64,000 nucleotides of DNA from Candidatus Spyradosoma sp. (GTDB lineage: Bacteria > Verrucomicrobiota > Verrucomicrobiia > Opitutales > UBA953), in NCBI GenBank assembly GCA_051884495.1, contig JBJEVQ010000009.1, positions 20,919 through 84,918 of the forward strand, given 5' to 3'. The position numbers and the translations under genes are program-made. A model generated the notes under the pieces. That model was given only the letters and a program-made list of their open reading frames with translations. It did not search any database and was not told the DNA's origin. Numbering within the stretch: the first letter of the stretch is position 1; each line of letters opens with the position of its first letter. Positions 57,435 through 64,000 of this stretch are shown here, in pieces.

Positions 57435-58823
57435 ATGTCCGAAAACAAAGATCTCGCGCCGACGGCCGTCGTGCCGATGCTCGCCGTGCTCTACGGGAGC
57501 GCGTTCGTCGCCGCGTTCAACGAAAACCTCATCAACGTCGCGCTCGTCAGGATCATGGGCGAATTTTCCGTCGGCGCGGGAACGGCGCAGTGGCTCGTGA
57601 CGGGCTACATGCTGGTGACGGCGGTCATCGTTCCCGTGATGGCGTTCTTCTCGCGGCGGTTCACGCTGCGGCAGGTGTTCTTCGAGGGCTGCGCGTTTCT
57701 CGGCGTCGGCTCGATCGCGGCGATCTTCGCGCCGAACTTCGGGATGCTGCTCGCGGCGCGGCTCGTGCAGTCCGTGGGCACGGGCATCTTCATTCCGCTG
57801 ATGATGACGACGATTCTCGCCGTCGTGCCGCATTCGCGCGTGGGCACGTTCATCTCGATCGGCGGCTGCGCGATCACGCTCGGCCCGGCGCTCGCGCCGG
57901 CGGCGGCGGGCGCGTTCGTCACGGCGTTCGGCTGGCGGAGCATTTTTCTGATGCCGTCGGCGGCGATCTTCGCGCTGTGCGTCGCGGGAATTTTTCTGAT
58001 CCGCGACACGAGCGCGCCGGTGAAGATCCGGCTCGACCTGCTCTCGGTCGCGTTTTCCGCGTGCGGGCTCTCGCTCGTCGTGTACGGGCTGTCGAAGATC
58101 GCGTCCGAGCCCGTTCCCGCGCTCGGGCTCATCGCGGCGGGCGCGGCGCTGCTCGCGCTGTTCGTCGCGCGTCAGGGCAAGCTGAAAAACCCCGTGCTCG
58201 ACCTCGCGCCGATGCGCAACCCGCGCTTTTCCGTGGCGTGTCTGCTCTCCGTCGTCGCGATGATGACGACGTTTTCGATGAGCGTGCTGCTGCCGCTCTA
58301 CTACGAGGCGGGGCTGGGCACGACGTCGCTCGCGTCGGGACTGCTGCTGCTCGCGCCGATCGCGGTGAACGCGGGAACGTCGATCGTGGGCGGGCGCGTC
58401 ATGGACCGCGTCGGCGAATGGCCGCTGCTCCCGGCGGGCTTTCTGCTGATCGCCGTCGGCCAGGCGGCGACCTGCGCGCTGGGCGGGCTCGCGACGCTCG
58501 TTCCCGTGCTGATCGGCTCGATCGCGGTCTATGCGGGCGTGGGTCTGATTTTTTCGCCGTCGCAGGCGGCGGGGCTGCGCAGCCTCGCGCGGGAACAGCA
58601 CCCGCACGGCGTGGCGATTCTGAGCACGTTCATCCAGGTCGCGGCGTGCATCGGCCCGGCGCTGTTCATCGGCGTGCTCTCGGCGGTCTCGGAAAAGAGC
58701 GTCGCCTCGGGCGCGACGTTCCCGCGGAGCCAGGCGCACGGCTTCGCCGCCGCCGTCGCGCTCGCCGCGCTCATCGCCGCCGCGGGAACGCTGATCGCCT
58801 TCTTCTACGCGAAGAAAAAATGA
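57435..58823 (+). CDS. MFS transporter
   Basis: 462 aa with about 12-14 hydrophobic helices. GGRVMDRVGEW resembles MFS motif A. Confidence 0.8.
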   Translation: MSENKDLAPTAVVPMLAVLYGSAFVAAFNENLINVALVRIMGEFSVGAGTAQWLVTGYMLVTAVIVPVMAFFSRRFTLRQVFFEGCAFLGVGSIAAIFAPNFGMLLAARLVQSVGTGIFIPLMMTTILAVVPHSRVGTFISIGGCAITLGPALAPAAAGAFVTAFGWRSIFLMPSAAIFALCVAGIFLIRDTSAPVKIRLDLLSVAFSACGLSLVVYGLSKIASEPVPALGLIAAGAALLALFVARQGKLKNPVLDLAPMRNPRFSVACLLSVVAMMTTFSMSVLLPLYYEAGLGTTSLASGLLLLAPIAVNAGTSIVGGRVMDRVGEWPLLPAGFLLIAVGQAATCALGGLATLVPVLIGSIAVYAGVGLIFSPSQAAGLRSLAREQHPHGVAILSTFIQVAACIGPALFIGVLSAVSEKSVASGATFPRSQAHGFAAAVALAALIAAAGTLIAFFYAKKK

Positions 58824-58902
58824 CGGGAACGCCGCGGGACGGGCGCGAAAAAAGGGACGGGCCGCTTCGCCCGTCCCTTTCGCGTTTTCGCCGCCGAAGC
58901 GC

Positions 58903-60942
58903 TCAGAACGAAAGCTTCGCGCCCGCGAAGGCTCCGAATCCGGGAGCTTCGTAGCCGATGTTGTAATCGTCGTATTCGCGGTCGAGCGCGTTTTCGAGAC
59001 GCCCGAAAACCGAGAACTTTTCGCGTCCGTCCGCGTAGCGCGCGACGACCCAGCTGCCGTACACGCGCGCGACGAAGTAGTCGCCCATATCCGCCTGCGC
59101 GTAGGGCCACGTCGGCTGACCGCCTTCGCGTCCCTTGACGAACGTTCCCGAAGCGCCGACCGTGAAGTCTTCCGCGAACGTCCATTCCGCGCCGAGCGTT
59201 CCCATGAACTGCGGCACGAGCTTCAGGCGCTCGTCCGTCTTGCGGTCCCACGCGTCCTGGAACGTGGCGTTCCCGTAAACGCGCAGCCCGGCGACCGACT
59301 CGGGCGTCCATTCCGCCGTCAGCTCGACGCCGTTCGAACGCGCCTCGTCGATGTTGCGGAGAGCCGCCGGATAGACGGAATAGTCCGCGACGAATTTGTC
59401 CTTCGTGTCGATGAGGAAGAGCGTCGCGCCGACGTTCACCTGCTTGTCGAAAAGCTCCTGCTTGACGCCGATTTCGTAGGAAGTCGATTTCTCCGCTTCG
59501 AGGTCATCTCCGGCGGTATAACCCCAGTTCGGAGAAAGATCCGTGTAGCTCGGCGTACGGAAGCCCGTCGAGATTTTCGCGAAGACGCTCGTTCCCGTCG
59601 CGTCGAAACGATACTGCGCCGCGAGCTCGTACGTCGTCCTGTCGCCGTACTTGTTCGTGTCCGTGTAGCGCACGCCGGCGGAAAGCTTCAGATCCTTGAC
59701 GAGTTCCCACTGCGCGTTCGCCCAGACGGAATTGCTGTACTGCAGCAGGCTCGCGGAGCGCGCGCCCCAAGCCGCCATGTCCGGATCGCCGCGCGCGAAC
59801 GCGTCGTCCTGAATGAAATCATAGCCCGCGGAAACGAGCAGATTTTCGAACGCCTGCCAATCCCACTGCATGGAGACCTGCTGCGCCTTGTTCTCGTTGT
59901 CCACGAGCCCGCCGACGTAGCCTTCAGACTTGTATTCGGAATACGAATACAGAATCTTCCCCTGCAGATTTTCAAGCGGCTTGACGACGAGTTCCGGAGA
60001 AATCATCCACGACGTGTCCTTTTCGCGGTCGGTGTAGCTCTTGTAAGGCTCCGCATTCGGGCAGCCGTAGTCCTTTTGGAAAACGCGCCCGACGAGATTG
60101 AGCGAGAGCTTGTCGGAAATCTCCCAGTCGAGACGCGGCAGAAACGCCGTCTGCTCGTAGTCGTTGTTCCAGTTGTAGCCGTCGGAGGCGGAATAGGAAA
60201 GCCCCGCGGAAAAGCCGAGTCCGGAGGGCAGGTCGGTTTCGACGCCGTCGGTGTTTCCGGCGATTTCCGCGCCGAAGGTGCGCGTGCCCCAGCTGCCGCC
60301 TTCGCCCCAGATCGAGCCGGTCGGCTTGTCGTAGTCGAGCCCGTTGCGCGTGCGCAGATCGATCGCGCCGCCGATCGCCGCCGAACCGTAGAGCGTGGAC
60401 GCGCTCCCGCGCAGAATCTGGACGCTCGCGAGATTGTCCGTCGTGAGCGTGTTCAGCCCGTACTGTCCGTAGATGCCGCTGTTCATGCGGCGCCCGTCGA
60501 GCATGACGACGGTCTGCTGCGAACTCGTGCCGCGTATCGAAAGCGAGGTCGGCGTTCCCGTGCTCACGCCGCCGAAGATCGTGATTCCCGCTTCGCGGCC
60601 GAGGGCGTCGGCGACGCTGCGGACCTGCTGCGAGGCGAGTTCTTCTCCGGAGACGACGGAGACGGAGGGCGAGACCTTGTCGAGCTCGACTTCCGTGCGG
60701 GAAGCGACGACGACGGTCGTCGGGAGTTTGGCGACTTTTTCCGGCGTCTTTTCGGCGCTCGGCGCGGCCTTTTCGGCGGCGGGAGCGGCGGGCTCGGAGA
60801 CGTCGTCCGCGAACGCGCGGGGCGCGGCGGCGACGCCGACGACGACCGCCGGCAGCAAGACTCCGCAGGCGCGGAGGAATTTCAGAGAAATGCCCGCGGA
60901 AAACGAGGCTCCCGCAAGCGGTTTGGATTTTTGTGACTTCAT
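58903..60942 (-). CDS. TonB-dependent outer-membrane receptor (BtuB-like, given the upstream riboswitch candidate)
   Basis: The start is set at MKSQKSKPLAG. The plug region is TTVVVASRTEVELDKVSPSVSVVSGEEL. The barrel is Y/G/T-rich and ends in ...GAFAGAKLSF. Confidence 0.85.
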   Translation of the reverse strand: MKSQKSKPLAGASFSAGISLKFLRACGVLLPAVVVGVAAAPRAFADDVSEPAAPAAEKAAPSAEKTPEKVAKLPTTVVVASRTEVELDKVSPSVSVVSGEELASQQVRSVADALGREAGITIFGGVSTGTPTSLSIRGTSSQQTVVMLDGRRMNSGIYGQYGLNTLTTDNLASVQILRGSASTLYGSAAIGGAIDLRTRNGLDYDKPTGSIWGEGGSWGTRTFGAEIAGNTDGVETDLPSGLGFSAGLSYSASDGYNWNNDYEQTAFLPRLDWEISDKLSLNLVGRVFQKDYGCPNAEPYKSYTDREKDTSWMISPELVVKPLENLQGKILYSYSEYKSEGYVGGLVDNENKAQQVSMQWDWQAFENLLVSAGYDFIQDDAFARGDPDMAAWGARSASLLQYSNSVWANAQWELVKDLKLSAGVRYTDTNKYGDRTTYELAAQYRFDATGTSVFAKISTGFRTPSYTDLSPNWGYTAGDDLEAEKSTSYEIGVKQELFDKQVNVGATLFLIDTKDKFVADYSVYPAALRNIDEARSNGVELTAEWTPESVAGLRVYGNATFQDAWDRKTDERLKLVPQFMGTLGAEWTFAEDFTVGASGTFVKGREGGQPTWPYAQADMGDYFVARVYGSWVVARYADGREKFSVFGRLENALDREYDDYNIGYEAPGFGAFAGAKLSF

Positions 60943-61039
60943 TGTTTCGCGTGAAGAACGGCGCGTCGTCCGGCGGCGCGCCGCGTTTTTTGAATCCGCG
61001 CGGCAAGATATTCGGACTTCGAACTGTGCGGCGTTCCCG

Positions 61040-61215
61040 CCGCGCCCCGCGCTCCGCCTTCGCAAAGATTCCGGGAAGCGTTCCCGCAAGATCTTCACTG
61101 GCGTTCCCGCGCGGTCCGCCCTTGTGGACCGCGCGTGGAGCTCGAGTCGTTCGTCACCGCAGCGCGTCTGTCGCCGATTTTCACGGCATTCCCTTCGCGC
61201 CGCGCGGAGTGGTTT
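61040..61215 (-). promoter_or_regulatory. Cobalamin riboswitch candidate in the receptor leader
   Basis: The minus strand reads GAAGGGAATGCCGTGAAAATCGGCGACAGACGCGCTGCGGTGA (compare the consensus AGGGAA..GGTG..AA..CC...C.G.CCCGC..CTGT.A). A B12-box-like GCCAGTGAAGATCTTGC lies at 61086-61102. Confidence 0.55.
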
Positions 61216-61306
61216 CGGGCTGAGAAAGAACGAGAGCTTCAAGAGAAATCCCCGTGCCTCGGATTAGCAAGGTTTTTCTCTCGGCGCGGCGCCCGCGGCG
61301 GGCGCG

Positions 61307-61341
61307 AAAAAATCCCGTTCCGCGCGGAGCGGGAACGGGAT
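61307..61341 (-). terminator. Terminator after the rpsU / small-basic-protein pair (bidirectional hairpin)
   Basis: The stem ATCCCGTTCCGC/GCGGGAACGGGAT has one bulge and is flanked by A6 and T3-4. On the minus strand it is followed by TTTTTT. Confidence 0.7.
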
Positions 61342-61364
61342 TTTCGGAAAACCGGAGCGGCGGA

Positions 61365-61523
61365 TTATTCTTCCGGGCGGGTTTTCGGGAGGTTCGTCAG
61401 GCGCGTGCGCTTGTCGGACCACTGACCGCGTTTCTTGAGCAGATCGACGCGTTCGAAACGTTTGAGCACGGTGCGGTTCGAGGAACCGGCGGCGGCGCTT
61501 TTGAAGCTGGCGTGTTGCGACAT
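61365..61523 (-). CDS. Small basic protein (52 aa; below the ORF-track cutoff)
   Basis: My own translation is MSQHASFKSAAAGSSNRTVLKRFERVDLLKKRGQWSDKRTRLTNLPKTRPEE. An AAGGAG RBS lies 11 nt upstream. From memory it resembles the small basic protein family of PVC bacteria. Confidence 0.55.
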   Translation of the reverse strand: MSQHASFKSAAAGSSNRTVLKRFERVDLLKKRGQWSDKRTRLTNLPKTRPEE

Positions 61524-61553
61524 GGTGTTGTGTCTCCTTGCGTTGTCGGTGAA

Positions 61554-61754
61554 TTACATGTTTTCGTAGCGCTGGCGGAGCATGTTGCTGAACGCCTGGG
61601 CTTTCTTCTTGCGGCGGCGTTCTTCGCACGGCTTTTCGAAGTAGCGCTTGGCGCGGACGTCACGGATGATGTTTTCGCGGTCGAGCTTCTTCTTCATGCG
61701 GCGAAGCGCTTTGTCCATGCTTTCGCCTTTACGAATCTTGATTTCTACGGGCAT
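61554..61754 (-). CDS. rpsU: 30S ribosomal protein S21
   Basis: MPVEIKIRKGESMDKALRRMKKKLDRENIIRDVRAKRYFEKP is a typical S21 sequence. Confidence 0.9.
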   Translation of the reverse strand: MPVEIKIRKGESMDKALRRMKKKLDRENIIRDVRAKRYFEKPCEERRRKKKAQAFSNMLRQRYENM

Positions 61755-62045
61755 TGGTTTGACTTGTTTCTGTTTGAAATGGTTCGAATTGGAAAATGTG
61801 AATGGAGAGCATGGCTTTTTCGTCCGCGCGCGTCAAACATTTTTTCCGTAACCGGCGACGCACGGCGCGGGCGGACCCGCGCGACGGCGAACCGGACGTT
61901 ACCTTGCGCCTCACGCGCCGCGCCCGGCGCCGCGGGCGGCGCGATTTTTTCGGCGCCGCGAAAAAAGAGCTTGCCAAGCCGACGATTTCTCGCGATAGTT
62001 GAATCTCATTTTTCAAAAGTACAACCTTTCAAACCAGAAAACATC

Positions 62046-62276
62046 ATGTCACGAGTTTGCGCAATCACAGGCAAGCGTCCGACCAAGGGACGCAGCATCG
62101 TTCACAAAGGTCAGAGCAAGAAGAGCGGCGGCATCGGGCTTCAGCTCGTCAAGCAGACGAAGCGCACGTTCAAGCCGAATCTTCAACGCATCCGCGTGAA
62201 GCTTCCGAACGGCAGCATCAAGCGTCTCTGGGTTTCCGTCAAGGCGCTCAAGGCCGGTCTCGTCGAAAAAGCGTAA
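62046..62276 (+). CDS. rpmB: 50S ribosomal protein L28
   Basis: MSRVCAITGKRPTKGRSIVHKGQSKKSGGIGLQLVKQTKRTFKPNLQ matches L28. This is the ATG-initiated 3' part of the listed 340-aa ORF. Confidence 0.9.
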   Translation: MSRVCAITGKRPTKGRSIVHKGQSKKSGGIGLQLVKQTKRTFKPNLQRIRVKLPNGSIKRLWVSVKALKAGLVEKA

Positions 62277-62380
62277 TCGCCTTTTCACGTCTTCCCGCGA
62301 AAAATCCGTCGACGCGAAAGCGCGGCGGATTTTTTCTTTTGCGCGTTCCCGCGAAAACGATAGATTCTCCCGCAACGATC

Positions 62381-62863
62381 ATGAACAACAAAGTTCTCAA
62401 ACTCATCATGGAGGGCGAACAGCTCACGACCGAGCAGATGGCGCGGATTCTCGAGCTCTCGCCCGCCGAAGTCGAAGCCCAGCTCGCCCAGCTCAAGGAC
62501 GAAAAGATCCTGCTCGGGTGGCGCCCCGTCCTCAATCCGTCGTTCGACGAAGAGACGCGCGTCCGCGCCGTCATCGAGCTGAAGGTGTCGCCGGACGTGA
62601 GCGGCGGGTTCGACCGCGTCGCCGAGCGCATCAGCCAGTTCGACCAGGTCGAAAGCTGCTACCTGATGTCGGGCGCCTACGACCTGCTCGTCATCGTGAA
62701 CGCGGACAACCTCTACAAGGTCGCGAACTTCGTCCACAACCGCCTCGCGCGCATCGCGGGCGTGCTCTCCACGGGAACGCACTTCATGCTCCGCGCCTAC
62801 AAGGAATCGGGCTTTGCGATCGCCGCGCCGGAAAAACCGGAACGCCCGGCGGTTTCCCAATAA
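62381..62863 (+). CDS. Lrp/AsnC-family transcriptional regulator
   Basis: The N-terminal HTH is TTEQMARILELSPAEVEAQLAQLKDEKIL. The C-terminal AsnC/RAM-like domain is VRAVIELKV...CYLMSGAYDLLVIV. Confidence 0.85.
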   Translation: MNNKVLKLIMEGEQLTTEQMARILELSPAEVEAQLAQLKDEKILLGWRPVLNPSFDEETRVRAVIELKVSPDVSGGFDRVAERISQFDQVESCYLMSGAYDLLVIVNADNLYKVANFVHNRLARIAGVLSTGTHFMLRAYKESGFAIAAPEKPERPAVSQ

Positions 62864-62909
62864 GCGTGCACGCGGTCGGCAAAATATCATTTCCGCGCGC
62901 AGGGAACGG

Positions 62910-63016
62910 CCGGAAACTCGTGACTTGTAACTGGTAACCGGAGCATTGCGGGTTTTGCCCCGGCAAAACCTTTCGAAAACGTTTCCGCCAAGTAATCGCC
63001 AGTCACCAGTTTCCGG
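62910..63016. repeat. Palindromic intergenic element with GTRACT-unit arms and a central 9-bp hairpin
   Basis: CCGGAAACTCGTGACTTGTAACTGGTAACCGG is compared with the reverse complement of CCGCCAAGTAATCGCCAGTCACCAGTTTCCGG. The outer 8 bp CCGGAAAC/GTTTCCGG are perfect. The centre is GGTTTTGCC..GGCAAAACC followed by TTTCG. Confidence 0.5.
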
Positions 63017-63089
63017 CGTCCAGTCATTCGGTTGTCCGTTCTCAGTCCTCAACTATCCGTCATCAATTTTCAACCATCCGTTATCCGTC

Positions 63090-64000
63090 ATGAGAGATTT
63101 TCTCGCTTCACACGTGCGCACGATGCCCAAGTCGGGCATCCGCGACTTCTTCGCCATCGTTTCACAGATGAAGGACGCCGTTTCGCTCGGCATCGGCGAG
63201 CCCGACTTCGTCACGCCCTTCCACATCCGCGACGTCGCCATTTCCGCGCTCGAACGCGGACACACGAGCTACACGGACAACCGCGGGCTCATCGCGCTGC
63301 GCAGGGAAATCTCCAAATACGTCGCCGCCAACTACGGCGCGGAATACGACCCGGAGACGGAGGTCATCACGACCGTCGGCGTCTCCGAAGCGCTCGACGC
63401 CGTGCTGCGCGCGATTCTCAACCCCGGCGACAAGGTCATTTATCACGAGCCCTGCTACGTCTCCTACTGCCCGTCGATCAAGCTCTGCCACGCGGAGGCG
63501 ATCGCCGTCGAAACGAAGGCGGAGGACAAATTCGCGATCACGATCGACGCCCTGCGCAAGGCGTGGCAGCCCGGCGTGAAGGCGCTGCTCATCAACTTCC
63601 CGACGAACCCGACCGGCGGCACCGCCTCGCGCGAGCTCCTCGAGGAAATCGCCAAGTTCGCCGTCGAAAAGGACATGCTCGTCATCTCCGACGAAATTTA
63701 TTCCGAGCTCACGTTCGACGGCAACCACACCTCGATCGCGTCGATTCCGGGCATGCGGGAACGCACCGTATTCCTGCACGGCTTTTCGAAGGCGTACGCC
63801 ATGACGGGCTTCCGCGTCGGCTACGCGTGCGGTCCGGCGGACATCATCGACGGAATTCTCAAAATCCATCAGTACGGAATCCTCTGCGCGCCGATCGTCT
63901 CGCAGGAGGCGGCGATCGAGGCGCTGCGCAACGGCCGCCCGGCAATGCTCGAAATGCGCGAAAAATACCGCGAACGCCGCGACTTCATCGTGCGCCGCTT
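63090..64000 (+). CDS. Class I/II PLP-dependent aminotransferase (3' end lies outside the window)
   Basis: My own translation begins MRDFLASHVRTMPKSGIRDFF...LGIGEPDF. NFPTNPTGG and HGFSKAYAMTGFRVGY (PLP lysine) are present. The frame is open to the window edge. Confidence 0.85.
   Translation, partial: MRDFLASHVRTMPKSGIRDFFAIVSQMKDAVSLGIGEPDFVTPFHIRDVAISALERGHTSYTDNRGLIALRREISKYVAANYGAEYDPETEVITTVGVSEALDAVLRAILNPGDKVIYHEPCYVSYCPSIKLCHAEAIAVETKAEDKFAITIDALRKAWQPGVKALLINFPTNPTGGTASRELLEEIAKFAVEKDMLVISDEIYSELTFDGNHTSIASIPGMRERTVFLHGFSKAYAMTGFRVGYACGPADIIDGILKIHQYGILCAPIVSQEAAIEALRNGRPAMLEMREKYRERRDFIVRR

Overview
High-GC (about two-thirds G+C by eye), gene-dense chromosomal segment with about 50 protein genes and one tRNA-Pro. 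No searches were run, so all family calls rest on motifs read by eye. The gene content suggests an anaerobic, glycan-degrading member of the PVC superphylum (inference only): PEP-CTERM surface proteins, a prepilin-type N-methylation protein, a small basic protein next to rpsU, nrdDG, and GH2 and GH36-like glycosidases. Most of the window is housekeeping (mfd, ruvC, gluQ, hup, glgB, metK, pgi, secG, lpxB, uvrA, tmk, nth, rpsU, rpmB). The clearly accessory part is the first 8.8 kb. It holds a translationally coupled six-gene type I R-M operon: hsdM, an XRE/ImmA peptidase, a PIN protein, hsdS, a coiled-coil 2-TM protein, and hsdR. The 3' half of hsdS plus the coiled-coil gene form an abrupt low-GC block. 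That guest gene occupies the slot that the anticodon nuclease PrrC occupies in the E. coli prr locus. It is my best candidate for an undescribed R-M-coupled defence effector. Other signals not explained by gene calls: (1) a strongly over-represented oriented motif CGCGGGAACG/CGTTCCCGCG, in genes and spacers, sometimes paired into terminator hairpins; (2) a perfect 18-bp inverted repeat bounding about 330 bp just upstream of a 1032-aa PEP-CTERM adhesin gene, a possible invertible switch or MITE; (3) a family of intergenic palindromic elements whose arms are phased short units, two of which flank the adhesin gene in inverted orientation; (4) an IdeS/Mac-1-like (C66) cysteine protease carrying a PEP-CTERM anchor; (5) a second copy of the hup 3' end plus terminator 18 kb away; (6) a probable cobalamin riboswitch ahead of a TonB-dependent receptor. 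No CRISPR array, rRNA, transposase or integrase was recognised.
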